This document shows, piece by piece, positions 30,991-41,100 of a stretch of 64,000 nucleotides of DNA. Source of the stretch: an uncultured delta proteobacterium. Its GTDB lineage: Bacteria; Bdellovibrionota; FAC87; UBA2466. The position numbers were made by a program, and so were the translations under genes. The DNA is taken from NCBI GenBank assembly GCA_963778115.1, contig CAVZSV010000001.1:1-64000 (forward strand), written 5' to 3'. The notes beneath the pieces were generated by a model. The model saw nothing but the letters and a program-made list of their open reading frames with translations. It ran no database searches and had not been told where the DNA came from. Position 1 is the first letter of the stretch. The number at the start of each line of letters is the position of its first letter.

Positions 30991-32264
30991 ATACCAAAAA
31001 GGAATTTATTGTTATCGTAGACGCCTATTCCGGGGCCAATCAGTATGCCCCTTTATTCCGCGAAAAAGGATTCTCTTGTATCCATATTCAAAGTGATCCT
31101 TTGGTCCCGACCGTTTACCAAAAGTCATTTCACCCCTCTGATTTTGCAGTTCACTTGGTTCACCGAGGAGATATGAAGGAAACAATCCGAGCTTTAGCTT
31201 CTTATCAAGTAAGAAGCCTTCTTACGGGAATTGAATCGGGAGTGGAGCTGGCCGACAGGTTGAGCGAGGCTATGGGAGTTCTAAGTAATGGAACCAAGTT
31301 AAGTGCGGCTCGAAGAAACAAGTTTCTGATGCAGGAAGCTATTGCTCTGCGTGGTCTTAGATCCATCCGACAGTTCAAGTCGAATCATGTAGATGGCATT
31401 ATTTCTTGGGCAAAGGCGAAGAATATCTCTCCTGTGGTGATCAAACCTCTGGCAAGTGCGGGGACGGATTCGGTCATGGTCTGCCAGAATGAAAATGAGA
31501 TCCAATCCGCTTTCGCCGCCATTATTAACAAGAAAAACGCCCTCGGATTGCTGAACGAAGAGGTCTTGGCCCAAGAATATATCGAAGGTACGGAATATGT
31601 GATCAATACGGTAAGCTGTCACGGGGTCCGTCAGGTTACCGATATCATCCGCTATACCAAACAATGGGTGCCTCACGGCGGACACATTTACGAAAGGGAT
31701 GATTTTCTGGACCAGTCAGGAGAGCTTGCAGCGTCACTGGTCGATTATAACCACAAAGTATTAGACGCTTTGGAAATCGATCACGGACCCTCTCACGCGG
31801 AGATCTATTTTACGACCCGAGGTCCAGTGCTGGTGGAAGTGGCGGCTCGTATCGATGGCCTTGCCAATACTAAGTTAAGCGCACTATTCAGTAGCGGCGA
31901 TCCCATTCGTCAGACGGTTAACGTTTACACGGACCCAAAAACATTTCTTAAGACCGCGTCGGTTCCTTTAACCTTATACAAGCAAGCGGCGGTTATCTAT
32001 CCGAATACTCGGCAAGCGGGAACGATTGTGGGAATGAGAAACCTCGAAGAGATACGTTGCATGCCGTCGTTTCAAGACATCAACCTTAAAGTAAAAATAG
32101 GCGACAGGATCGAAGTCACAACCGATCTCTTCACCTGCCCGGCTTATATCTTCCTGCTCCATGAAGACTCTAGAGTCTTAGAAGCCGACGTGAAGCGCAT
32201 TCGAGAGATGGAGAAAACGGGCCTTTTCGAGTTAGAACAAAGAGCTGAACAACAGACTGCCTAG
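30987..32264 (+). CDS. ATP-grasp ligase (L-amino-acid ligase / DdaF-NikS-like)
   Basis: RRNKFLM, VIKPLASAGTD, QEYIEGTEY, HAE and LVEVAAR motifs. Confidence 0.88.
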   Translation: MNTKKEFIVIVDAYSGANQYAPLFREKGFSCIHIQSDPLVPTVYQKSFHPSDFAVHLVHRGDMKETIRALASYQVRSLLTGIESGVELADRLSEAMGVLSNGTKLSAARRNKFLMQEAIALRGLRSIRQFKSNHVDGIISWAKAKNISPVVIKPLASAGTDSVMVCQNENEIQSAFAAIINKKNALGLLNEEVLAQEYIEGTEYVINTVSCHGVRQVTDIIRYTKQWVPHGGHIYERDDFLDQSGELAASLVDYNHKVLDALEIDHGPSHAEIYFTTRGPVLVEVAARIDGLANTKLSALFSSGDPIRQTVNVYTDPKTFLKTASVPLTLYKQAAVIYPNTRQAGTIVGMRNLEEIRCMPSFQDINLKVKIGDRIEVTTDLFTCPAYIFLLHEDSRVLEADVKRIREMEKTGLFELEQRAEQQTA

Positions 32265-32271
32265 AAGCAGG

Positions 32272-32694
32272 CTATTCAGTCTCGTAGACAATCGGAAACT
32301 TCTTTCCTTTGCGAAGTAAGACGATCGTAATCACTTTTGCGTTCTTAATCTCTTGAACGGCTAAGATTGCTTGAATGGGATCAAAGAGTTTGACCTGATT
32401 TACTTGGGTAAGCACATCCCCTTGGCGAATTCCTAAAAGATAAAAAGGCGAGCTCTTCTCAAGCGAGGTGACCTGGAACCCCGAAAACTTATTGTTCACC
32501 AAATAGGGAACTGCCCGCGCGGTGTTCAAAGTAGCTTCGAGTTTTAAAAATGCCGGATCTAAAGCTTTCTTCTTATTAACGGTGAAATGCTTGTCGTTGT
32601 GCCGAATTACACCGGGAATAACTTCGACGTCTTTGGCCAAGGAAGAAAGCCCCGGGAGAATAATCAAGAACAGAACGAATTTCGCAAAGCTCAT
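32272..32694 (-). CDS. Exported PDZ-domain protein resembling the GspC C-terminus
   Basis: Signal peptide followed by ARAVPY..GFQV..LGIRQGDVLTQVN. Confidence 0.7.
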   Translation of the reverse strand: MSFAKFVLFLIILPGLSSLAKDVEVIPGVIRHNDKHFTVNKKKALDPAFLKLEATLNTARAVPYLVNNKFSGFQVTSLEKSSPFYLLGIRQGDVLTQVNQVKLFDPIQAILAVQEIKNAKVITIVLLRKGKKFPIVYETE

Positions 32695-32766
32695 GAAACA
32701 TGATCTAACACACTGCCGGCGCTTCGTAACCGTGATGTGAAGGGGGCATGTAACCATGCCCCCGAA

Positions 32767-32973
32767 TCATTTCCCTTTTATTTTCTTGGCAAGCGCGCAA
32801 AAATTGATGCTCCACCCAATTCCAAACTGTTTTGGGGGGAAGATGCGTGGTTCTTTGTCGTTCCAAACATCGGCAAAGATTTTTTCTCGATTCCATCGGT
32901 AAGGAACCACCCACCAATACTTCACGTCATGATCTTGTTCATTTTTTTTCTTGGCCATTGGGCTATTCTCCAT
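32767..32973 (-). CDS. Small DUF5808-like protein
   Basis: WN..EPRIFPPKQFGIGWSINF motif. Confidence 0.7.
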   Translation of the reverse strand: MENSPMAKKKNEQDHDVKYWWVVPYRWNREKIFADVWNDKEPRIFPPKQFGIGWSINFCALAKKIKGK

Positions 32974-33038
32974 AAGGGTTAGGCAATTCTAGCATACCTC
33001 GTTGCGCCCTCCCCCCGTTTGTGGGTATGGTGCCCCCA

Positions 33039-34706
33039 ATGAAGTACTTACTTCTCTTCAGCCTGTCTTTGGGTCTCGTAGCCTTCTCCCAACCCTTTCC
33101 TCATCCAATGGCCGTGACGTCCAAAGGGATGGTGGTCACATGCCAGCCGCTGGCCGCCGACATCGGAGTTAATATCCTTCGAAAAGGAGGAAACGCCGCG
33201 GATGCTTTCGTAGCCACGACATTGGCAGAATACGTGACCGCCCAAGGCTATACTTCGCTAAGCGGTCCTTTAAATCTTTTGTATTATGAAGCCAAGACCC
33301 GCCGATCTATCTATCTCAATGCCGGTTTTAATAAGGTTAGCGATCCCAAAGCTCAGTTTGATGTGAAAAATCCTATTGGCGGAAGATCCTTTGTCATTGG
33401 TGGAGCAGGGCGTGGACTAGAGTCTCTCTTTCAGAGGTATGGAAGCGGAAGGTTAGGTTTCAAAGAAGTGGTAAAGCCGTCGGTAGATCTGGCGATCCAA
33501 GGATTTAAATTGGATGACCTGTACGCTTGGGCTATCAAAACTCGCTCACCTTTATTTAAAAGTTCACAGGCATGGAACGCTCTTTATAACAAGAATGGAA
33601 AGCTTTTGGCCGCGGGCGATACGTTAATACAAACCGACTTGGCGAATACTCTTACTCATTTTGGAAACGAAGGGGCCGACTATTTATTCAAAGGACAATT
33701 CGCCCAGGACCTGGTCACCGTCATAGCGAGCCATGGAGGAAATCTTACCCTCCAGGATTTAGCTAACTACCAGGTATACTGGGCTCCCCCACTCCAAACA
33801 ACGTATCACGATTATGTGGTGCAATCGGGGTCCTACCGATCGGAAGGCGGCCTCTTTTTGCTCCTCGCGTTAAAGGCGATCGAGAACTTTCCCGATTTAG
33901 GCAAACAAAAACATTTTTCCCAAGACGAAGTGGTATTCGAAAAGGTGTTGCGGACCTTTTTATTTTCTCTAAGAACCGCCCTTCCCCATTTTTATCTCTT
34001 CGCCAAACGCCTTGACGATTTGTCCTCTCAAGAAGCGCTGCTCAATGGGACTAGCGCCAACGACTTGAGTCCCCAGCAGATTTGGAATGCGGCTACTAAC
34101 CCCAATCAGCCGGCGCCTTGGACGGGAGCGCGGGGCAATCACTCCTGCGATACCTTGGTCGTTGATAGAGAAGGAAATATCGTCGCTGGCAACCATACGA
34201 TTTCGTCTTTGGAATGGGGAGATTATGGACTATTGGCGGATGGAGTGAGTCTCAATAGTGCGTATGTGACTACGACGGACTCCCCTGCGGGAGAGCGTGC
34301 TATCGATACCCTGATCCCCGTTTTGATTTTTAAGGACAAAAAGCCGTGGGCGGCTGCGGGCTTTTTTGATAGCAGTCTCCAGGCAAGTGCCTTTGAGGTC
34401 CTTTTAAACCTGATGGACTACGGAATGAATCCCAATGATGCGATTTTTGCGCCGCGCTTCGGAACGACGATGCGATATACCCCTCTGACCATTCCTCTCG
34501 ATCCGCGTTTTCCTCAAAGTTGGGTCGCCGATTTTATTCCCAAGGGGATCCATCTGGATCAGCCGAAAAAGCCGGACGGCACTGTCAATCAAAAAGCTTA
34601 CGTGGACACCGGAGACGCCATGGTCATTCGAATCGATCAAAAGACTGGGCTGCGTTACGGAAGTCCGAGCGAAGTGTTATCGAGTGCCGTTGCGGAGGCG
34701 GAGTAA
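33039..34706 (+). CDS. Exported gamma-glutamyltransferase-family (Ntn) protein with a non-canonical active site
   Basis: GMVV..ILRKGGNAADAFVA, GG.LTLQDLANY, VVDREGN and APRF motifs. Confidence 0.87.
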   Translation: MKYLLLFSLSLGLVAFSQPFPHPMAVTSKGMVVTCQPLAADIGVNILRKGGNAADAFVATTLAEYVTAQGYTSLSGPLNLLYYEAKTRRSIYLNAGFNKVSDPKAQFDVKNPIGGRSFVIGGAGRGLESLFQRYGSGRLGFKEVVKPSVDLAIQGFKLDDLYAWAIKTRSPLFKSSQAWNALYNKNGKLLAAGDTLIQTDLANTLTHFGNEGADYLFKGQFAQDLVTVIASHGGNLTLQDLANYQVYWAPPLQTTYHDYVVQSGSYRSEGGLFLLLALKAIENFPDLGKQKHFSQDEVVFEKVLRTFLFSLRTALPHFYLFAKRLDDLSSQEALLNGTSANDLSPQQIWNAATNPNQPAPWTGARGNHSCDTLVVDREGNIVAGNHTISSLEWGDYGLLADGVSLNSAYVTTTDSPAGERAIDTLIPVLIFKDKKPWAAAGFFDSSLQASAFEVLLNLMDYGMNPNDAIFAPRFGTTMRYTPLTIPLDPRFPQSWVADFIPKGIHLDQPKKPDGTVNQKAYVDTGDAMVIRIDQKTGLRYGSPSEVLSSAVAEAE

Positions 34707-34722
34707 AAACGGCCCTTTCCTA

Positions 34723-35757
34723 TCATATCTCATCCCTTCGAATCCCCATGAACCGACGGCAGTCCTCCTCGGAGAACCGTTCAAATCCATAGCGGGCATA
34801 AAGATCGTGGGCGTCCGCGGTGGCTAGAATAATGCGACGCAATCCCTTAAGCCGTTCATCCGACATGACGAACTCCATTAATGCTTTCGACAGCCCCCTT
34901 CCTCTATATCCTTCCTCCACAAAAACATCTGCGAGATAAGCAAAAGTACAGCTATCGGTAACGACTCTAGCAAACGCAATCTGTTTGGTGCCGTGGTACA
35001 CTCCATAACAAAGAGAATTTTCGATGCTTTTTCTGACGGTTTCCAAAGTTCTATTCTTAGCCCAATAGCTTTTACGCATGAAGGCATGAACCGCATCGAC
35101 TTGCACAAGAGCCTTATCGCCACTGATAATAAACTCTCCAACAGCCCTGGCGTTGGTTTCAGGCCACATCAGATATCCCGTGGCGCGAGCCATTTCGCTC
35201 GAACTTTTCTGGAGCGCCCTTGCAGCTTGTTCTCTAACCTTTAGGTTTTGCTGCTGACTTAATTTGAATTTCCCATCGAAGCTAAGACTTCCGATTTCAA
35301 ATATTTTAATTTGACCCAGCATGAACTTCACACCTTCCGTATCCGCCGTCCACCCCTCTCCATACTTGCTCTCGTTAACCTCCACCAATTGCGTCATGAT
35401 TTGCCAACAACGGTTGGGATCGCTCACCAGCTTCGCAACTCCTTGCACATGAACCGCCGTGTAGTTCCACGTGGGAACGTTAGTCTTAGCTGGCGGATAC
35501 CAGGCGGGAGAGACATAGGCATGTGGGCCTTGAAACACCACCATTACTTCGGGAGTCCTCTCAAAAAGTTCCCAATGCGGGTTCGCTTTGGCCATATGAG
35601 AGACAAGTGACGTTCCTGTGTCATCAAGAAAAAAGGGAAGATGACTCACGATTGGGTTTCCCCGTTCCACTGAAATCAAAGTTGCAAATGCATTTTGCCG
35701 GATAAGCTCGTGGAGTATTTCCGGCCGCTGTTGGCTAAAATAAGATGGCTGGTACAT
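34723..35757 (-). CDS. PaiB-like FMN-binding domain fused to a GNAT acetyltransferase
   Basis: N-terminal SHLPF, HMAKANPHW, GPHAYVSP.WY and VPTWNY. C-terminal SYWA, FARVVTD, YLADVFV..YRGRGL and LYARYGF. Confidence 0.85.
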   Translation of the reverse strand: MYQPSYFSQQRPEILHELIRQNAFATLISVERGNPIVSHLPFFLDDTGTSLVSHMAKANPHWELFERTPEVMVVFQGPHAYVSPAWYPPAKTNVPTWNYTAVHVQGVAKLVSDPNRCWQIMTQLVEVNESKYGEGWTADTEGVKFMLGQIKIFEIGSLSFDGKFKLSQQQNLKVREQAARALQKSSSEMARATGYLMWPETNARAVGEFIISGDKALVQVDAVHAFMRKSYWAKNRTLETVRKSIENSLCYGVYHGTKQIAFARVVTDSCTFAYLADVFVEEGYRGRGLSKALMEFVMSDERLKGLRRIILATADAHDLYARYGFERFSEEDCRRFMGIRRDEI

Positions 35758-35864
35758 CGATATAAACCCCTTCCATCGTCTAGTCTCGGGCGTTTTGGGC
35801 TGAAAAGTAAAGTACGGGTTGAGGTGATTGGAAAACCCCTCTTTCCTGTGCTAATTTGGGCGCT

Positions 35865-36374
35865 ATGAAAAAAACGGAGCCGGGAAAAGAGTGCTATCAC
35901 TGTAGGCAGTGGGTGGCCGAGAAGGACAAAAAGAACCACGACTGTTGGAGCACCACCGAAGAAAAGCTTACCCAGGATCTTTCTGAAGATCTCATGGAAG
36001 CATGGCTTCGACTTAGAGAAACCGTCACCGCCTTTGGAGAACAGAGGGTTTACGCCTCTCACAAGTCTATTATGTTTTCACGCAGGCACTGCTACTTCTT
36101 TGTACGCCCCAAGAAATCGGCGCTAGAGATCTGCTTTTTCTTAGGAAAAACCGTGAAAAGCCCTTTGGTACGTAAATCCCAAGCGGCCTCAAAGGTAAAA
36201 GTAGGACATATCGTTCACGTCACTCACCGTGACGAAGTGGAACCTCCCCTCACCGAGTGGCTCAAAGAGGCTTATGAAGTCTCGGAAAATCTAAAAGCCG
36301 CTTCGGCCAAGAGACAAAAATCTCCGCCGCGAAAAAAAGGGCGCGTCAGCCCGGCAAACAGAGCAAGCAAGTAG
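35865..36374 (+). CDS. DUF5655-like protein with an N-terminal CxxC
   Basis: CYHC..H.C, F.RPKK..LE and WLKEAY motifs. Confidence 0.7.
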   Translation: MKKTEPGKECYHCRQWVAEKDKKNHDCWSTTEEKLTQDLSEDLMEAWLRLRETVTAFGEQRVYASHKSIMFSRRHCYFFVRPKKSALEICFFLGKTVKSPLVRKSQAASKVKVGHIVHVTHRDEVEPPLTEWLKEAYEVSENLKAASAKRQKSPPRKKGRVSPANRASK

Positions 36375-36499
36375 CGCCTATAAGCCTGCCTTATTCTCAT
36401 GGTAAGCAAACCTAACCTTCCCTAATTAAGGAACCTATCCGAAAGTGAGATAGGGGATTCCAATCATTTTGCCCCGGAACCAATAATGAGGAGCGTCAC

Positions 36500-37657
36500 A
36501 TGAAACCATTTTTATCGCATTGCAGATTTTTCTTCGTAGCCATGATTCTCTTAGCCGGATCGAATTTAAGGGCGGAAAGCAGTTCCATCTCCACCGTTCA
36601 TTTGAACTCACCCACTGTTATCGGTGGAATTCCGGTCGCGGCAGGGGATATTCAGGTCTTTCTTCCTGCCTACGTCCTGCAGCATGGAGTTCTCTCGGCC
36701 GGCGCCACCATCCAAGGGCTAAATTTCACCACGGGGACGGAGCTGCTTTTTGCCGATCCAGGAGAGTTAGAAACCGCTAATTTACCAAATGGCCAAACCC
36801 AAACGATCGCAGGACAGCCTTTTCACGAATCCTCGCCGCTTAATTTTTCCTACGATCAGTACTGGCAGAAGTTTCAAGGCTCCCTGGTTTATCATCCCAA
36901 CGAAGTGGCGGGATTTCCAACCGTGGATCTCGCCAAGGATGTATTTGAAAACAATGTGCTAGCCAACTGCGAACGATACATCGATCCAACGGCAGCCAAC
37001 ACATACGGAGATTGGTTTTGCACCTACGGTGTGACTCTTTCTGAGCCTATTTCACAGACCCTAAGTACCGAGACTTTCACTTTACCCGAAGGAACCGCCA
37101 TCTCTTTTACGAAATGGGGAATTAGTTCTTTTACTTTTCCCTCTGACACCCTTCTTCTTGGTTTTCCCGTGGCAGGAGGAACTCCAGTTCAAGTGAATCG
37201 TTACACCACGGGAAGCCCTCAATCGATCTGGCGTTTGACCCTTGCGAATGACGTTACTTTTCAAGGGATTCCAATCTCAAGAACGGATGTAGTGGAACTC
37301 TTCGGAGCAGACAGTAACGGGGTTCCCGAATTAGCTTCTTGCACACCCATGCAAACCATCTCGCTCCCGGCAGACGGACAGCAGATTGAGCTCGCGGCGT
37401 TTAAGCAAGTTCAGCTCAATAGCGATGGTTCCCTGGCCTACGGAACTATCACTGGCCCCCAAGAGATCCAGGGGATTCTCTTTCCTGAAAACTCACTACT
37501 CTTTTTTCGAGGTGGAAACAATGGGACTCTGTACAGCGCAGGACTACAGACGGGGAGCTCGGTTATCATTAATGGAGTTTCTTACTTCGCTGAAGATGGC
37601 AAAACTCTATTTCTTGATTTCGATGAGACGGGAAAGGTAATTCAAGTCAGAGAATAA
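36500..37657 (+). CDS. Secreted beta-repeat hypothetical protein
   Basis: Signal peptide, GAGGAG RBS and recurring (I/F)xG(I/L/F)P..GT...F units. Confidence 0.75.
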   Translation: MKPFLSHCRFFFVAMILLAGSNLRAESSSISTVHLNSPTVIGGIPVAAGDIQVFLPAYVLQHGVLSAGATIQGLNFTTGTELLFADPGELETANLPNGQTQTIAGQPFHESSPLNFSYDQYWQKFQGSLVYHPNEVAGFPTVDLAKDVFENNVLANCERYIDPTAANTYGDWFCTYGVTLSEPISQTLSTETFTLPEGTAISFTKWGISSFTFPSDTLLLGFPVAGGTPVQVNRYTTGSPQSIWRLTLANDVTFQGIPISRTDVVELFGADSNGVPELASCTPMQTISLPADGQQIELAAFKQVQLNSDGSLAYGTITGPQEIQGILFPENSLLFFRGGNNGTLYSAGLQTGSSVIINGVSYFAEDGKTLFLDFDETGKVIQVRE

Positions 37658-37664
37658 CTTCTAA

Positions 37665-37698
37665 GTCCGAGCACTTTATCCTAATAGAGTGCTCGGAC
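37665..37698. terminator. Hairpin between convergent genes
   Basis: 14-bp stem gtccgagcacttta / tagagtgctcggac. Confidence 0.7.
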
Positions 37699-37699
37699 C

Positions 37700-37993
37700 T
37701 TATTCTTGCAGCCCACCATTCAGCCAATCTTGTATAACACTTATCTGATCCGCTGTTAGTTTAGTCCGGTTTCCCGGAGGCATTACCGGAGGAGTGGCAC
37801 CCACCTTACTCAACATGTCATTTACGATAGCCGTCTGGTCGGTCATGGTCTTTGAAGTGAAAGGAAAGTTACTCAGATCCAGATCGTTACCTGGGCTGTG
37901 ACACTCAATACAATTGGCGTCGAGAATCGGTTTCACATCCACGGTATAAGTAACCGCCAGAAGAAAAACTAAAATCGCTCCACGAGGTGACAT
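37700..37993 (-). CDS. Small monoheme c-type cytochrome
   Basis: VKPILDANCIECH (CxxCH), a distal MPP and an I..W motif. Confidence 0.85.
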   Translation of the reverse strand: MSPRGAILVFLLAVTYTVDVKPILDANCIECHSPGNDLDLSNFPFTSKTMTDQTAIVNDMLSKVGATPPVMPPGNRTKLTADQISVIQDWLNGGLQE

Positions 37994-38176
37994 AGAACTC
38001 CTCCCTTCTCTAAAAATGGTAGCACTTGGTTAGCATCCGAATGGAAAACAGCTCTTCTCACGTTAACAAGAGTGAAGAGCGTCTTGTTGAGAGAGGAAGA
38101 TGAAGCTAGGCGCGCAAGCAGGCAGGCGTCATTTTTTTGGCAGTACTTTTGGTAGGAGTGTGCGGTGCTTCAAGAA

Positions 38177-41100
38177 TTAAACTGGAGAAGTATCTCCTAA
38201 ACCCCTCTTCGTTCGCAAAGATACTACCGGTGGCTGGCCTCGATAAGTTCCGATAAGACGAAGAGCGCGTAAACGTTCCTCACTGATCTCTCGCTGCGCT
38301 CGAATCTCATTTCCTTCGAAGACAGCACTCACCGAGCCCTCCTCAAAGAGAATTCTTGTCTTAGCACCCGATGCAATTTTCGGCCCCTTAGTGACAATAC
38401 CGATCAAATTGAGAGGATCCGCACTTGAAATGACAGCGTAGCTTCCATGCCGTTTCCCTTGAGCCCGTTCTTCGCGAATCTTAATCAATTTTTCGAAAGT
38501 CTCGGTAAGGGCAAACTGCTCCCCGCTCACCCCTAGTATAAAGCGTCCCCCTCTGACTTCTCCTCTTGCTTCTAATTTTCGAAGTGCTCGAACCAAGTCC
38601 CCCCATGAGGGAGCCAAAGATTCTCTTTGCAAGAGATCCCGAAAAACAACCCCATAGCGAACCATCAGCTGCCAAGCCCACTTTTCAACAGTTTCTTCTC
38701 GTCGTAAGAAATCATTTTCGGCCTTTTTCAATACGGACCATCTTCCGCCCAGAGATCCCACTAAAGATCGCTTTTGAAATCTACGAGGCAGCCCCCTCGA
38801 TGCCCTGGTCTTTTCACTCTTGGAAGGAGAGATAATGTTTCTTAACGCGTGGAAGTGATCACAGGTAACAAGACCCTCCGCTGCTAATTCTCCTAGGGCC
38901 GCTTCCACTTGAGTCTGTAAGAGTCTAGTACGATCCTCAAGCTCATCGACGAATTGAGCTCCTCCGCTTTTTAGAGCGCTCCAAACACTGTCCGCATCCG
39001 CTGATAGCACTCTAGGATCTGCAGTTTCCACGTCAGCAAGCGCGATCCAGTTCCAGTCTCCTCTTAAAACGAAACTAAGCGGCATCGCGGAAGTTACCTT
39101 TTGAGATCTCCCAAGGGCACGCAGTCTTGCCTTTTTCGAAGTCAAACGTCCGAAAGCGACTAAGCCATGCGAAGTAAGTTGATCGAGCCAACTAGGATCG
39201 TACGACGCCAAACGACCTGGAAAAAGTTCCCGCTCCCACGAAAGTGCCGGGGACTCAAACCCTTGAAGTGTCTCCACTACCCTTAGGAGCGCTTCGGCAT
39301 CGTAAGTCTCTTGTTGAACTTGATCTGCCGATCCTAAATTTAACCCATGCGCCTCAAAAAGATATTCGAAGTAATCCTCAGTAGCCACAGGGCGAATACG
39401 CTCTCGAAGGTTTTCTACCGTAAGCCTATGAATTCTTCGAAGCAGCCCCCTCGAACACCAATGCGAATAGACGGTATTTTGCGGATTTAGCTTGCAGCGG
39501 AGAATTTCTCCTTTAGCTTCCGCGGCGGCTAGATGATTTTCAACGTTATCGATGCCAAAGAGTTCTACGAGCTCACTCTCTTCAGCTGGTCCACTGATAT
39601 CCAGCCAACCTTTCAGGATTTCCTGACAAGCCCTATCTCTAGGAATCAACGTAGCCGAAGCGTTCGGGACGGGCGTCGGTTGAGAAAACTGAATCGCCTC
39701 ATAGGCGGCTTTTAAAAGGGGAACCGATTCGGCTGCAACTAAGAACTTTAACGTATGTTGTCCGATTTTCACTTTTGCGTAAGCCGCTCTTTTTTCGTCG
39801 ATAAGTGCTTTCGTAAATTCATTTAACGAACAAAGGCGAGAGACGGGAAAGGCTGGTGTCACTACCAGAGTTTCATAGAGTTCGTCCGCAGTACGCGGAT
39901 CGGGCCAAGCTTCATCTTTAACCTGCTCAATGGCCCCAGGATCCATACGGGCTAAATCTTGTAAGTCTTGAACCGAAATCGCAGGCCGCATGGAAATCGA
40001 TCGGGTCCGCCTATCCTCAGCCGGAGCATCATCCAAATAGGCAAAGGGAAAGCTATTTACCAATTGATAGGCAAAGGGAGACGGCTCTCGGGTATCTTTG
40101 GCAATAAGCTTTACCTTTCCGTTGTCGATATCTCGAAAGAGCGATTTCAAACCCGTGATGTCCATGGCCTCCGTAAGACAATCATGGACCGTCTGAGTCA
40201 CCAGAGGGTGGTCGGGAAGCGCTATATCGACTACGCCGTTGGCGGCTCCATTTTCTGGACAAGCGGTCTGCGCTGGAAAAACCGCGGTTAAGAGATCTTC
40301 CGAGCGGAAGCGCTGTAATGCCGGAGGAGTTCTTTTGCCTTTTATCTGTCTAAGGACTGCCAAAGATCGAGTGATATTCCAACGCCACCTGGCGGCGAAC
40401 ATGGGAGCCTGCAGTAAAGCTTGGGTCAGGAAATGCTCGATATTGCCCTCATTTAGCATCTTAAAAAAGGATTCAAGCGCAAAGGCCTGCTGGGGTCCTA
40501 AAGAGAGCACGATACCGTCGTCATCGGCACTGGCCTGCAGCTCGAAATCGAATTGCCTGCAAAAGCGTTTTCTAAGCGCTAGTCCCCATCCGCGATTCAT
40601 TCTTGCCCCGTAAGAGGAGTGTATTACCAAGTGCATTCCCCCCACATCGTCGAAGAACCTTTCGAAGACTACCTTTTCACGTGAAGGGACGACTCCCAAA
40701 GCGGCCTTTTCGGCGGCTATATAATGAACCGCCTGCAGTAGCGGCCAATTTTCTCCTGCTTTATCCAGTCCCGTTTTCGACCGTAACCATTCCTTAGCCG
40801 TATCAAAGGGAGTGGTTGGCATCTTCTTGAGCTGCTCAATGGTTTCCAGAGTAAGGGTTTTTCCTTCGGCTAAGTTTTCCTCACTGAGGTTATCTCCAAT
40901 CTCCTTACGCAGCGAAGAAACCGCTTCGGAAAACTCTTTTGTCCGACCCGGGGCCTCTCCGAGCCAGAAGGGAATGGAAGGCGGCTGGCCCTGAGCATCT
41001 TCAACGACGACTTCTCCCCCTCGGACCCATTTAATTTTCCAGGAGTGCGTTCCCAGTACAAAGATATCACCTGCAAGACTTTCAATGGCGAAGTCTTCAT

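Noticed and set aside
38030..38140. Possible small RNA or 20-codon ORF between the cytochrome c gene and lhr
   Set aside because: Only a short imperfect hairpin and a T-run are present, with no RBS or recognisable family, so support is insufficient.
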